Below are positions 9,776 to 19,275 of a stretch of 62,160 bases of DNA, one piece after another (the stretch's first letter is position 1; each line of letters begins with the position of its first letter). The notes under the pieces were generated by a model. The model worked only from the letters and a program-made list of their open reading frames with translations, was not told where the DNA came from and made no database searches. The stretch comes from Candidatus Buchananbacteria bacterium (GTDB lineage: Bacteria; Patescibacteriota; Patescibacteriia; 2-01-FULL-39-33), in the NCBI GenBank assembly GCA_030650095.1, contig JAUSEE010000062.1, positions 1 through 62,160 on the forward strand, given 5' to 3'. The position numbers were made by a program, and so were the translations under genes.

Positions 9776-10321
9776 ATGGTGGAAATTAGGATACATGGAC
9801 GAGGAGGCCAAGGATCGGTAACAGCTTCTAAGCTTATAGCCATGGCCTCTTTTTATGACGGCCAGTTCTCCCAAGGTTTTCCTAATTTCGGCGTAGAACG
9901 GCGCGGCGCCCCGGTAACGGCTTATGTTAGGATAGATGATAAATTCATCCGTCTGCGCAGCCAGATTTATAACCCCGATTACATCATCATCCAAGACCCG
10001 TCGCTAGTAGAAGCAGTGGATGTCTTTGCCGGCGCCAAAGAAGGAACAATAGCGCTTATTAATACCGAAAAGCCGGCCTCGGATTTTAAGGCGCCCAAAG
10101 GAGTGGAAATAAAAACCATAGCCGCCACTAAAATAGCTATGCAAATTATCGGTAAACCGATCATTAACACCATCCTACTTGGCGCTTTTGCCGGCTTAAC
10201 CGGCATAATCAAAATAGAATCGGTGGGCCAAGCCATCACTGAACAATTTACAGACGAAGAAATAGTCAAAAAGAACATTGAGGCGGCTAAATACGGATTT
10301 AACTCCATAAAGAAAAAATAA
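9776..10321 (+). CDS. porG: Pyruvate/2-oxoacid:ferredoxin oxidoreductase, gamma subunit
   Basis: Starts IRIHGRGGQGSVTASKLIA, typical of POR gamma subunits. Operon context with the delta, alpha and beta subunits. Confidence 0.9.
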   Translation: MVEIRIHGRGGQGSVTASKLIAMASFYDGQFSQGFPNFGVERRGAPVTAYVRIDDKFIRLRSQIYNPDYIIIQDPSLVEAVDVFAGAKEGTIALINTEKPASDFKAPKGVEIKTIAATKIAMQIIGKPIINTILLGAFAGLTGIIKIESVGQAITEQFTDEEIVKKNIEAAKYGFNSIKKK

Positions 10322-10323
10322 TT

Positions 10324-10599
10324 ATGAAAATAAAAATAGTTTCTAAGCCGGGAACAACCGCCGAAGTTAAAACCGGCAATTGGCGGGAATTAACTTATCC
10401 AGTAATAGATCATGAGAAATGTATTGGTTGCGATTTGTGCGCTAAAATTTGTCCGGAAGGCATCTGCTTTCCCACGGGAGAAAAAAACAGCCAGGGACGG
10501 GTATACTATGAAACCGATCTTGATTACTGCAAAGGTTGCAGCCTCTGCGCCGAAATCTGCCCAGTGAAATGCATAAAAATGGTGGAAGAAAATAAATAA
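10324..10599 (+). CDS. porD: Pyruvate:ferredoxin oxidoreductase, delta subunit (2x[4Fe-4S])
   Basis: Two CxxCxxCxxxCP motifs (CIGCDLCAKICP, CKGCSLCAEICP). Confidence 0.9.
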   Translation: MKIKIVSKPGTTAEVKTGNWRELTYPVIDHEKCIGCDLCAKICPEGICFPTGEKNSQGRVYYETDLDYCKGCSLCAEICPVKCIKMVEENK

Positions 10600-10608
10600 A
10601 TAAAATCT

Positions 10609-11283
10609 ATGTACCAAAAAATAATTATAACGATATCAATCGCAATAGTGGGAATAATTAGCGGCCTCGGCTTAATCAGCTACCTCAATCAAAAATCAAC
10701 AGGCCAAAATAACAACAGCAATGTCCCTTCTGGCCTAGCGGCCGTTTTAGGAACAACTATAATCAATCAAAATACCAACATGTCAGAAAATAACACAGCT
10801 TCATCAACCCAAGCCACCATCAAAACCAACTTAGGCGACATCACGATTAAGTTATACCGCGAAGACGCCCCCGAGACAGTGGCTAATTTTATTAAATTAG
10901 CCAGCAGCGGATTTTATAACGGCATTAAGTTCCACCGCATCATAAAAGATTTTATGATCCAGTCGGGCGACCCTTTAACTAAAGACGATTCCCTAAAAGA
11001 TCGTTGGGGCACAGGCGGTCCGGGCTATAAATTTGAAGATGAGATAAACAACCACAAATTAGTGGAGGGTTCTGTGGCTATGGCCAATTCCGGACCAGAT
11101 ACCAATGGCAGCCAATTTTTCATTGTCACTACCAAATCCACGCCCTGGCTGGACGGCAAACACACTAATTTCGGCGAAGTCATAAGCGGCCTGGATATTG
11201 TTAAATTAATTGAAAGCACTCCCACCGATCAATTAGACAGGCCCAGTAATGATGTGGTGATTAATGCCATTGAACTGCAATAA
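10609..11283 (+). CDS. Cyclophilin-type peptidyl-prolyl cis-trans isomerase with N-terminal TM anchor
   Basis: FHRIIKDFMIQSGDP, GSVAMANSGPDTNGSQFFI and PWLDGKHTNFGEV are cyclophilin hallmarks. Confidence 0.92.
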   Translation: MYQKIIITISIAIVGIISGLGLISYLNQKSTGQNNNSNVPSGLAAVLGTTIINQNTNMSENNTASSTQATIKTNLGDITIKLYREDAPETVANFIKLASSGFYNGIKFHRIIKDFMIQSGDPLTKDDSLKDRWGTGGPGYKFEDEINNHKLVEGSVAMANSGPDTNGSQFFIVTTKSTPWLDGKHTNFGEVISGLDIVKLIESTPTDQLDRPSNDVVINAIELQ

Positions 11284-11285
11284 TT

Positions 11286-12440
11286 ATGCGAAAGATATTA
11301 GAAGGCAGTCGAGCTATTGCCGAAACAATCAACGCCTGTAAGCCAAGCGTGGTGTCGGCTTATCCCATTACTCCGCAAACGCATATTGTGGAAGAATTGG
11401 CCAAATTAAAAGCCGACGGCGACGGCCATTACGAATATGTGAGGGCGGAAAGCGAATTTGCCGCCGCTTCTATTGTTTTGGGCGCTTCGGCCACGGGCGT
11501 AAGAGTTTATACGGCCACTTCATCGCAAGGGCTGCTGCTTATGACCGAGGTCTTATACAATATCGCCGGCATGAGGCTGCCGATTGTCATGACCAACGCC
11601 AACAGAGCGGTTTCCGCGCCGATAAATATTTGGAATGATCAGCAAGACGCAGTTACCATGCGCGACAGCGGCTGGCTGATGTGGTTTGGCGAAACTAATC
11701 AGGAAGTTTGCGATTTGCATATTTTGGCTTACAAAATAGCCGAGAAACTGCAACTGCCGATAATGGTGAATCTGGACGGCTTTATTTTGACTCATGTGGT
11801 AGAGCCGGTGGAAATTGAAACAACAGAGAAAATAAAAAAATTCCTGCCCGATTATAAGCCCACCGAATTTTTAGATGTTAACAATCCCCTAACTCTTGGG
11901 GCTTTTGCCACGCCGGAACATTATTTTGAAATCAGGCAAGAATTGCACCAGGATATTATTGATGCCAAAAAAGCCATAATCAACAGTTGCAATGAATTCA
12001 AAAAAATATTCGGCCGAGATTTGAACCTAGTGGAATATTACGGCGATAAAAATGCCGATACGGTGCTAGTAGCCATGGGATCGGTTTTGGGCACCATTAA
12101 AGACGCGGCCGATGAACTTACAAAAGCCGGCCAATCCACCCAAGGCGGACCAGATGGAAAAATCGGAGTTTTAAAAATTGTGGCCTTCAGGCCTTGGCCG
12201 AAAGAAGAAATATTGTCACATCTGGAAAGGGCTAAAAACATTGCTGTTATAGACAAATCGATTTCTTTGGGTCGAGAGGGCATACTGGCTTCGGAAATAA
12301 AACAAACTGTAGGCGGCGAAAAAAACGTAACCAGTTTCATTGTCGGTTTGGGCGGCCGTGATGTAACTGTCCAAATGATCAAAAAAATATACGAGCAGGC
12401 TAAAAATAAAAATGAAGAGGCTGTTTTTGTCGGCCGATGA
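11286..12440 (+). CDS. porA: Pyruvate:ferredoxin oxidoreductase, alpha subunit
   Basis: Collinear with POR alpha subunits (AYPITPQT, YTATSSQGL). Confidence 0.9.
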   Translation: MRKILEGSRAIAETINACKPSVVSAYPITPQTHIVEELAKLKADGDGHYEYVRAESEFAAASIVLGASATGVRVYTATSSQGLLLMTEVLYNIAGMRLPIVMTNANRAVSAPINIWNDQQDAVTMRDSGWLMWFGETNQEVCDLHILAYKIAEKLQLPIMVNLDGFILTHVVEPVEIETTEKIKKFLPDYKPTEFLDVNNPLTLGAFATPEHYFEIRQELHQDIIDAKKAIINSCNEFKKIFGRDLNLVEYYGDKNADTVLVAMGSVLGTIKDAADELTKAGQSTQGGPDGKIGVLKIVAFRPWPKEEILSHLERAKNIAVIDKSISLGREGILASEIKQTVGGEKNVTSFIVGLGGRDVTVQMIKKIYEQAKNKNEEAVFVGR

Positions 12441-12461
12441 TCACTTTTAATCTTTAAATAT

Positions 12462-13274
12462 ATGGCAGAAAAAATAACCAAAGGCATAATCCTGGCCGCC
12501 GGCTATGGCACCAGGCTTTATCCTTCAACTATCGTCACCTCCAAACTGCTACTGCCGGTTTACGATCGCCCGATGATCTTTTATCCTTTGAATGTTTTAA
12601 TCAAAGGCGGCATAAAAGACATTTTAATAATCGTCTCTCCCGATCACAGCGGTCATTTTATCAATCTGCTGGGATCAATACTGGAAAAATACAAAATCCA
12701 AATATCTTTCAAGGTGCAAAGCCTGCCCAACGGACTACCCGAGGCTTTTATCTTGGGGGAAAACCATATTGATGAAAATAATGTGGCTTTGATTTTAGGC
12801 GACAACATCTTTGAAAATGATTTTTCCAGTGAAATAAAAAATTTTAAATCAGGCGGACATATTTTTGTTAAAAAAGTGCCCGATCCGGAAAGATTTGGGG
12901 TTGTTAAATTAGATGCTGGTGGCCAAGCCGAAAAAATAGTGGAAAAACCAAAAGACTGGGTAAGCGATAATGCTATTACCGGCTTATATTTATTTGATCA
13001 TCAAGTGGTGGAACTGGCTAAAACGCTAAAACCGTCGGCTCGAGGCGAATTGGAAATAGTCGATGTCCATAATTATTATTTGCATAAAAAAGAATTGGCT
13101 CTAACCATATTTGAGGGTGAATGGTTGGATGCCGGCAGCCATGATTCGCTACTGGAAGCCAGCTTAACTGTTCGAGACAAAAAAATAACCGGCACCTTTG
13201 ATCCGATGCTGGATGAAGCTATAGCCGAGTACTGCGAAAAACAAAAAAGCTTAATTAAAAAAAGAATCAGTTAA
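12462..13274 (+). CDS. rmlA: Sugar-1-phosphate nucleotidyltransferase (glucose-1-phosphate thymidylyltransferase-like)
   Basis: GIILAAGYGTRLYPST...SKLLLPVYDRPMIFYPL closely matches the RmlA N-terminal signature. Confidence 0.75.
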   Translation: MAEKITKGIILAAGYGTRLYPSTIVTSKLLLPVYDRPMIFYPLNVLIKGGIKDILIIVSPDHSGHFINLLGSILEKYKIQISFKVQSLPNGLPEAFILGENHIDENNVALILGDNIFENDFSSEIKNFKSGGHIFVKKVPDPERFGVVKLDAGGQAEKIVEKPKDWVSDNAITGLYLFDHQVVELAKTLKPSARGELEIVDVHNYYLHKKELALTIFEGEWLDAGSHDSLLEASLTVRDKKITGTFDPMLDEAIAEYCEKQKSLIKKRIS

Positions 13275-13278
13275 TCAA

Positions 13279-14190
13279 ATGGCTGGAGAAATTAAAAATA
13301 AACCCAAAGCGCCTTTGTCTTATATGCTAAACCCTGGCCATAGCGCTTGCGCCGGCTGCGGCATGATTATAGCCGCCCGTTTGATCTTGGACACGGCCGG
13401 GCCGAAGACCATAATCACCAATGCCACCGGTTGCAGCGAAGTAACCACCACTCAATACCCGATGACTTCTTATAAACAGCCCTGGATCCATAGCTTGTTT
13501 GAAAATCCGGCTTCGGTAGCCTCCGGCATTTTGGCCGCTTTAAAAATAAAAGGCTTGGCCGAGACAACTAATGTGATTGCCATCGGCGGCGATGGAGCCA
13601 CTTTTGATATCGGCTTGGTTCATATTTCCGGCATGTGGGAAAGAGGAGAAAATATTTTATATGTCTGTTATGACAACGAAGCTTACCAAAACACCGGCTA
13701 CCAAAGCAGCAGCGCCACCCCGCTTGCGGCTAATACCACCACTACGCCTCCCGGCAAAGAATCTCTGGGTTCTACTCTGCCCAAAAAAGACATGATTAAA
13801 ATCGCTTTGGCCCACAACTTGCCTTATGTGGCTACAGCCACTATCGGCTATCCACTGGATTTGATAGCTAAAGTTAAAAAAGCATTGTCTATTGAAGGGC
13901 CTAAATACCTGCAAGTCTATTGCCCTTGCGTGCCTGGCTGGGGTATTGAACCCAAAGACACCCTAAGCACCTCGCAACTGGCGGTGCAATCAGGATTTTA
14001 TCCGCTAGTTGAATATATAAGCGGCCAATTGGCCAAAGTGCAAAAAATAACCAAGAAAACTCCGGTGGAAGATCTGCTTAAACTGCAAAAAAGATTCAAG
14101 CATCTCTTTAAAACGCCTCAAGGCAAAGCGGAGTTGGCCAAAATACAAGAATTGGCTGATAAGAACATTAAAGATTTTAATTTAAGTTAA
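13279..14190 (+). CDS. porB: Pyruvate:ferredoxin oxidoreductase, beta subunit (TPP-binding)
   Basis: CAGCG near the N-terminus and GGDGATFDIG ... NEAYQNTG TPP-binding motifs. Confidence 0.9.
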   Translation: MAGEIKNKPKAPLSYMLNPGHSACAGCGMIIAARLILDTAGPKTIITNATGCSEVTTTQYPMTSYKQPWIHSLFENPASVASGILAALKIKGLAETTNVIAIGGDGATFDIGLVHISGMWERGENILYVCYDNEAYQNTGYQSSSATPLAANTTTTPPGKESLGSTLPKKDMIKIALAHNLPYVATATIGYPLDLIAKVKKALSIEGPKYLQVYCPCVPGWGIEPKDTLSTSQLAVQSGFYPLVEYISGQLAKVQKITKKTPVEDLLKLQKRFKHLFKTPQGKAELAKIQELADKNIKDFNLS

Positions 14191-14256
14191 ATTACCAGGA
14201 GAATGATCCGCATTTTCCAGAATACTTTACTGACTAAACATTTATTTTCCCACCAT

Positions 14257-14281
14257 GCTCAGACAACCGTCTGGGCTTTTT
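14257..14281 (+). terminator. Intrinsic terminator of the por operon
   Basis: Hairpin gctcagac-aacc-gtctgggc (one G-U pair) followed by T5. Confidence 0.65.
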
Positions 14282-14330
14282 GATTTAGTAAACAATTGGA
14301 CTAATTTAATTAAATCAAATTGCGAGCGTT

Positions 14331-14488
14331 AAAAAATATTGTGCTAATTTAATGCGGGAGCGACTAGAAAATCATCGCAAGCGCAGCGTCAGATGATTTT
14401 CAGGAGAGAAGCATTAAATTTAGCCATGATTTTTTTCAGCGAGCGACTTTTCTTTTGGTTAGACTTTTCTTTTCCTAGAAAAGAAAAG
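14331..14488 (+). repeat. Structured intergenic module, locus 1: long hairpin with conserved base, then CTTTTGGTTA and a perfect 10-bp hairpin
   Basis: The ends AAAAAATATTGTGCTAATTT (14331-14350) and GCCATGATTTTTT (14423-14436) are identical at 19591-19610 and 19689-19701. The interior differs but keeps its pairing. Confidence 0.6.
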
Positions 14489-14535
14489 GTAAGTAAAGAT
14501 ACAATTAGCTATATATTATTGAACACAATATAACC

Positions 14536-14564
14536 TTGACAAATAATTATATCTATGATATAAT
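14536..14564 (+). promoter_or_regulatory. Consensus sigma70 promoter with extended -10
   Basis: TTGACA (14536-14541), 17-nt spacer ending in TGA, TATAAT (14559-14564). Confidence 0.75.
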
Positions 14565-14578
14565 TTTAAGTTCAGTTC

Positions 14579-14601
14579 TTTGACAATCCGTTATTGTCAA
14601 A
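14579..14601 (+). promoter_or_regulatory. Perfect 9-bp inverted repeat just downstream of the promoter (candidate operator)
   Basis: TTTGACAAT-ccgtt-ATTGTCAAA, roughly +8 to +30 relative to the predicted transcription start. Confidence 0.45.
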
Positions 14602-14678
14602 ACAGTCAAAAGTTCCAACACCCAAAAGGCAAAGTCCGCCGACGCTAAAGCTATGGCGAGACAAAAGGAGAATCTGCC

Positions 14679-15929
14679 ATGAGCAGAAAAGTCAGAGAGA
14701 TCGTAACTCGTTTCCCTAATTTGGAATGCGGTTTTTTGGCCGGGCTTCTCGCCTATTGCGAGAGGGTCCGCCGGCATCTGGAAATCACTACCGGCAGATT
14801 GTTGTGGGATTTTATCTCCACGGCTAAAAAAATTGACAGCCCTGATGAAGACCCGGAAGTGGTTTATTTCAATGTGGGCCGCGGACACTTTGATCAGCAT
14901 GGCAAACCGGAAAATGAATCTCTGTGTAAATTATGCTCGCTGGATTTGATCCGTGACTCCTACGATTTCCTGGTGGGTCGGCCTTGGCTTCGGGACATTT
15001 TTGGATTAGTCCGCGCCAACGATATTCGTGGCGAGAGAATCTCCAGCCACCCTTTCAATCTGCGCGAGTTGATGACCGCCCTCTCCTATAACTACAAAGA
15101 TAATCCTCAATTGGTTTTGGATTGGCTGTCGCTGGCTTTCTGCGGCGTCTTTGAAGGCTGTAAAGCCGGCATACCAATCAAAAAGATTTTCAACCCGGAA
15201 GAAATGATCAAAGGAGTGGCTCTTCACTCGCCCCCGGAATTGGAATGGTTTGAAGAATTGCTCCAAGAAGCGATTTCCACCGTTAAACGGCATAACTCGT
15301 GGGCCCAGAAAGCGGTGAGGGCAGCGGAAGTCCGCGGTCGGAACGCTACCGTTTATGTGCCGTCGCTTAAGAGCGATATTAAGGTGATAGAAGTTTTCTG
15401 CGATTCTTTCAAGACTGGCGCGGCTGGACGCCAAGCCGGTTACCAAATTGTGATTCAGTGGAACAAAGACGGCCACTGCCAAATCCACGGCGGCCATATT
15501 AAAATTGAAGAGACGGTGGATATACAAACTATGAATGTTGAACAATTCTTAGAAAGAACCAGGGCCGGCGAATCTGGCGACGAGATTTTTAAAACCAGAA
15601 TAACCAAGAAGTGGGCACACATGGGCGAAGTCGCCAAACAGTTGCGCTTTTTGGAAGCCAAGTTCCGCGGCCGCAAAATAAAAGAGGGCCAGGATTGGAC
15701 CAAAAGCGGCATAATTATCTTCGCCGAAAACGACACCCCTATACCCTGGTATCTGGCAGAGTTTTTAACCAGCCTGTACAACGGCACCATGAGTTCTGCA
15801 GATATTCCGCCCACTGCCATTGGCCGAAAAAAGCTTTTTGAGGCGGTGTGCAAGTCCTTGCCCAAATGCCTGGCGGTTATCCAGGTAGGTAGTAACGAGA
15901 GAGAAGTAGTCGGACTGGCCAGAGTCTGA
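14679..15929 (+). CDS. Hypothetical protein, 416 aa, orphan
   Basis: Long ORF with SD aaaggag 8 nt upstream. Visibly more G+C-rich codons than its neighbours. I recognise no family; it contains the motif FNVGRGHFDQHG. Confidence 0.7.
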   Translation: MSRKVREIVTRFPNLECGFLAGLLAYCERVRRHLEITTGRLLWDFISTAKKIDSPDEDPEVVYFNVGRGHFDQHGKPENESLCKLCSLDLIRDSYDFLVGRPWLRDIFGLVRANDIRGERISSHPFNLRELMTALSYNYKDNPQLVLDWLSLAFCGVFEGCKAGIPIKKIFNPEEMIKGVALHSPPELEWFEELLQEAISTVKRHNSWAQKAVRAAEVRGRNATVYVPSLKSDIKVIEVFCDSFKTGAAGRQAGYQIVIQWNKDGHCQIHGGHIKIEETVDIQTMNVEQFLERTRAGESGDEIFKTRITKKWAHMGEVAKQLRFLEAKFRGRKIKEGQDWTKSGIIIFAENDTPIPWYLAEFLTSLYNGTMSSADIPPTAIGRKKLFEAVCKSLPKCLAVIQVGSNEREVVGLARV

Positions 15930-15947
15930 TAATCAAAAAATTTATGC

Positions 15948-15979
15948 CCCCCAGCGCCAAGCGTTTGGGGGGTCTTTTA
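15948..15979 (+). terminator. Intrinsic terminator
   Basis: Hairpin ccccccA...Tgggggg followed by tctttta. Confidence 0.55.
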
Positions 15980-15985
15980 TTGCCT

Positions 15986-16014
15986 TTGACAAGGAGATGG
16001 TAATCAGATATAAT
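15986..16014 (+). promoter_or_regulatory. Consensus sigma70 promoter of uvrA
   Basis: TTGACA (15986-15991), 17-nt spacer, TATAAT (16009-16014). Confidence 0.75.
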
Positions 16015-16044
16015 AAGTGTTGATTTAATTTAAAGCTATTTTCT

Positions 16045-18888
16045 ATGAAAGACAAGATATCAATATCGGGCGCTCGAGTTAATAATCTAAAAAATATTAA
16101 CGTTGATATCCCCAAAAATAAATTGGTAGTCATCACTGGTTTATCCGGATCGGGCAAATCATCTTTGGCCTTTGATACGATTTATGCCGAGGGACAAAGG
16201 AGATATGCCGAGAGCTTATCGTCTTATGCCAAACAATTTTTGGATTTAATGGATAAGCCTGATGTTGATAATATAGACGGCTTGTCTCCGACTATCGCCA
16301 TTGATCAAAAATCCTCATCGGTCAATCCCCGTTCCACCGTCGGCACCATTACCGAAATTTATGATTATCTTAGATTGCTTTATGCCAAAGTGGGCCTTGT
16401 CCATTGCCACAAATGCGGCCAAGAAATCACCCGGCAAACCCCGGCTCAAATATTGGATAAAATAGCCGAACTGCCGCAAGGCACCAAAATCCAATTACTG
16501 GCTCCGGCGGTCTTAAACCAAAAAGGTTCGCATCTAAAACAAATAGAGGCTATCAACAGAGCCAACTACGAACTTCTGCGCATAGACGGCAGTTTTTACA
16601 ATATAAAAGAAGCCAAAGAATTAAAACTGGATAAAAATATCAGCCACACTATCGAAATACTGATAGATACCATCACTCTTTCGCCGGAGATAAAGAAAAA
16701 AACTAAAAGCGATTTGGATTGGCAAAGGCTGGAGAAAGCGGTCGCCTTATCTTTGGATTTCGGTAACGGCTTTTTAAACATATCCCTGCCGGAAAAAGAC
16801 CAGAACCTGCAATTTAACTTGTATTATGTCTGCCATAACTGCGGTGAAAATATCGCCGAAATAGAACCTCGGACTTTTTCTTTCAATTCTCCTTTCGGCG
16901 CTTGCGCCGATTGCCGAGGCTTGGGCATCAGATTGGTTCCGGATCAAGAACTTATAATTCCCAACAAAAGATTAACTTTAGCTGAGGGAGCGATCAAGCC
17001 TTGGTCCAGAAACTTCGCCTCTCAAAGCTCCAATTTCAAACTTTTGGAACAAGTCGCCAAAGAAAATAAATTCAGCCTGCATGTTCCGGTAAGCGAACTG
17101 CCGGCCAAAGCTTTGGCTATCTTATTCCACGGTTCAGCCGACAAAGTTTATGACGTTGAAGGCAGAAAAATAGAATTTGAAGGCTTGATAAAATTCATTG
17201 AAAACAAATACAAAGAAACCAAATCCGAATACCTGCAAAAAACTTTGGAGGATTACATGCGCACATCCACTTGCCCGGCCTGCGGCGGCCACCGCCTTAA
17301 ACCAGAAGCCTTGGCAGTTACCATAGAAGGCCGATCAATTGCCGATGTCAGTGATTTAGATATTAATAAATTAGCTGATTTTTTTGAGGAGCTGAATAAA
17401 ATATGGAAAGCCTCTTCCCGAGAAGGAAAAATATCAAAACAAATAATCAAAGAGATAACCAAAAAAATAAGCTTTTTGCAAAATGTGGGCTTGAATTATT
17501 TAACCTTAAGCCGCAGCGCCAATACTTTGGCCGGCGGTGAAGCCCAAAGAATCCGACTAGCCACCCAAATCGGCTCCGGTTTGGAATCGGTTACCTATAT
17601 TTTAGATGAACCATCCATCGGTCTTCATTCGCGCGATAATTCCAAATTAATCGATACGCTTAAAAAATTACGCGACAAAGGCAACTCGGTCATAATCGTC
17701 GAGCACGACGAGCAAATGATGGCCGCCGCCGATTATCTGATCGATGTCGGCCCGGGAGCCGGCAGTCTGGGCGGAGAAATTGTGTCTTGCGGCACATTTG
17801 AACAGATAAAAAAGGATAAGAAATCAATCACCGGACAATATTTATCAGGCCAAAAACAAATCAAAGTGCCAGCCACTTTCCGAGACGGCAATGGCAAATT
17901 CATAGAGATAAAAGGCGCCAGTGAATTTAATTTAAAAAATATCGACGTTAAAATTCCTCTGGGAAAACTGGTTTGCATTTCCGGAGTTTCCGGCAGCGGC
18001 AAATCCACTTTGATGAGCGAGATTTTAGCCAAAGCCTTGTCCAATAAGTTTTATCGCACCAAAGAATTGCCGGGCAAGCACAAAGAAATAAAAGGGTTGG
18101 AAAACTTAGACAAGGTTATTGATATCGACCAATCGCCTATCGGCCGAACACCCAGGTCCAATCCGGCCACCTACACCGGCGTTTTCACCTATATCCGCGA
18201 TCTCTACGCCAATTTAGCAGAAAGCAAAATCCGAGGCTTCAAGCAAGGCCATTTTAGCTTTAATGTCAAGGGCGGCGGCCGTTGCGAAACTTGTTCCGGC
18301 GACGGCATGGTGAAAATTGAAATGCAATTTTTGCCCGATGTTTATATTGAATGCGAAGAATGCCACGGGAAAAGATACAATTCTGATGCTCTAGAAATCC
18401 ATTACAGCGGCAAGAACATAGCTGATATTTTAGATATGTCAGTCTCGGAAGCCAGAAAATTCTTCTCCTTACACCAGCAAATAATTGATAAATTATCTAT
18501 TTTGGAAGAAGTTGGCTTGGGTTATTTAAAACTTGGCCAGAGCGCCACCACTTTGTCGGGCGGCGAAGCGCAAAGGGTTAAACTGGCCACCGAACTTTCA
18601 CGCCGGCCCACCGGCAAAACTCTATATATCCTGGATGAGCCGACAACCGGCCTGCATTTTGATGATGTCAAAAGACTGTTGCAAGTCTTAAACCAATTAG
18701 CCGACAAAGGCAATTCTGTTTTGATCATTGAGCATAATTTAGATGTGATAAAATGCGCCGACTGGGTAATTGATTTAGGCCCGGAAGGAGGCAGTGGCGG
18801 AGGCGAGATCGTCGCCGAAGGCACGCCGATAGAAATCAGCCGAGTTAAAAGAAGCTACACCGGCCAATATTTGAAAAAACTTTTTTAA
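16045..18888 (+). CDS. uvrA: Excinuclease ABC subunit A
   Basis: Two ABC ATPase modules ([23 protein letters not shown]; [10 protein letters not shown]), Zn-finger Cys clusters, LSGGEAQR signature twice. Confidence 0.97.
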   Translation: MKDKISISGARVNNLKNINVDIPKNKLVVITGLSGSGKSSLAFDTIYAEGQRRYAESLSSYAKQFLDLMDKPDVDNIDGLSPTIAIDQKSSSVNPRSTVGTITEIYDYLRLLYAKVGLVHCHKCGQEITRQTPAQILDKIAELPQGTKIQLLAPAVLNQKGSHLKQIEAINRANYELLRIDGSFYNIKEAKELKLDKNISHTIEILIDTITLSPEIKKKTKSDLDWQRLEKAVALSLDFGNGFLNISLPEKDQNLQFNLYYVCHNCGENIAEIEPRTFSFNSPFGACADCRGLGIRLVPDQELIIPNKRLTLAEGAIKPWSRNFASQSSNFKLLEQVAKENKFSLHVPVSELPAKALAILFHGSADKVYDVEGRKIEFEGLIKFIENKYKETKSEYLQKTLEDYMRTSTCPACGGHRLKPEALAVTIEGRSIADVSDLDINKLADFFEELNKIWKASSREGKISKQIIKEITKKISFLQNVGLNYLTLSRSANTLAGGEAQRIRLATQIGSGLESVTYILDEPSIGLHSRDNSKLIDTLKKLRDKGNSVIIVEHDEQMMAAADYLIDVGPGAGSLGGEIVSCGTFEQIKKDKKSITGQYLSGQKQIKVPATFRDGNGKFIEIKGASEFNLKNIDVKIPLGKLVCISGVSGSGKSTLMSEILAKALSNKFYRTKELPGKHKEIKGLENLDKVIDIDQSPIGRTPRSNPATYTGVFTYIRDLYANLAESKIRGFKQGHFSFNVKGGGRCETCSGDGMVKIEMQFLPDVYIECEECHGKRYNSDALEIHYSGKNIADILDMSVSEARKFFSLHQQIIDKLSILEEVGLGYLKLGQSATTLSGGEAQRVKLATELSRRPTGKTLYILDEPTTGLHFDDVKRLLQVLNQLADKGNSVLIIEHNLDVIKCADWVIDLGPEGGSGGGEIVAEGTPIEISRVKRSYTGQYLKKLF

Positions 18889-18896
18889 GCCTTAAA

Positions 18897-18924
18897 ACAG
18901 CTCGCTCAAAGCGGGCTGTTTTTA
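18897..18924 (+). terminator. Intrinsic terminator of uvrA
   Basis: Hairpin cagctcgc-tcaaa-gcgggctg followed by T5. Confidence 0.6.
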
Positions 18925-18988
18925 ATTTCATTTGATTTTTTCAAAAAACTATTATAAGATCTTCAAACAACCACAAAGGAGTCCTGGC

Positions 18989-19198
18989 ATGGGTTTTAGG
19001 TACATTTTCCAATTTATGGCTATGTTGGTCGGCCCGCTGGTTACTTTCGCCAGTGTTTATGTTATTTTATTTTTAGGTGATTTACTAGTGGGTCTGCTAA
19101 TAATTTTCTTTTACTGTAAAAATCTGGATATGTGGGATCCTTGGAGGCCGAAAGTTATAAAGCAATTCTTGACTAATGCCAAGAAGCTTGGCTGGTAA
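18989..19198 (+). CDS. Small membrane protein (69 aa)
   Basis: An internal ATG at 18989 has SD aaggag 8 nt upstream. Two hydrophobic helices, and a terminator follows. Confidence 0.55.
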   Translation: MGFRYIFQFMAMLVGPLVTFASVYVILFLGDLLVGLLIIFFYCKNLDMWDPWRPKVIKQFLTNAKKLGW

Positions 19199-19202
19199 TC
19201 AT

Positions 19203-19229
19203 AACCGCTTAATTTAAGCGGTTTTTTTA
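19203..19229 (+). terminator. Intrinsic terminator
   Basis: Hairpin aaccgctt-aatt-taagcggtt followed by T7. Confidence 0.7.
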
Positions 19230-19275
19230 TTTTTCAATATTTTTTATTTTAATAATTTTTATTAGAAAAATAATA

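Noticed and set aside
14625-14650. RNase P P4-like string ggcAAAGTCCgcc.
   Set aside because: It is only a short match inside the 5' UTR of the 416-aa gene. No other RNase P core elements or adequate length are present.
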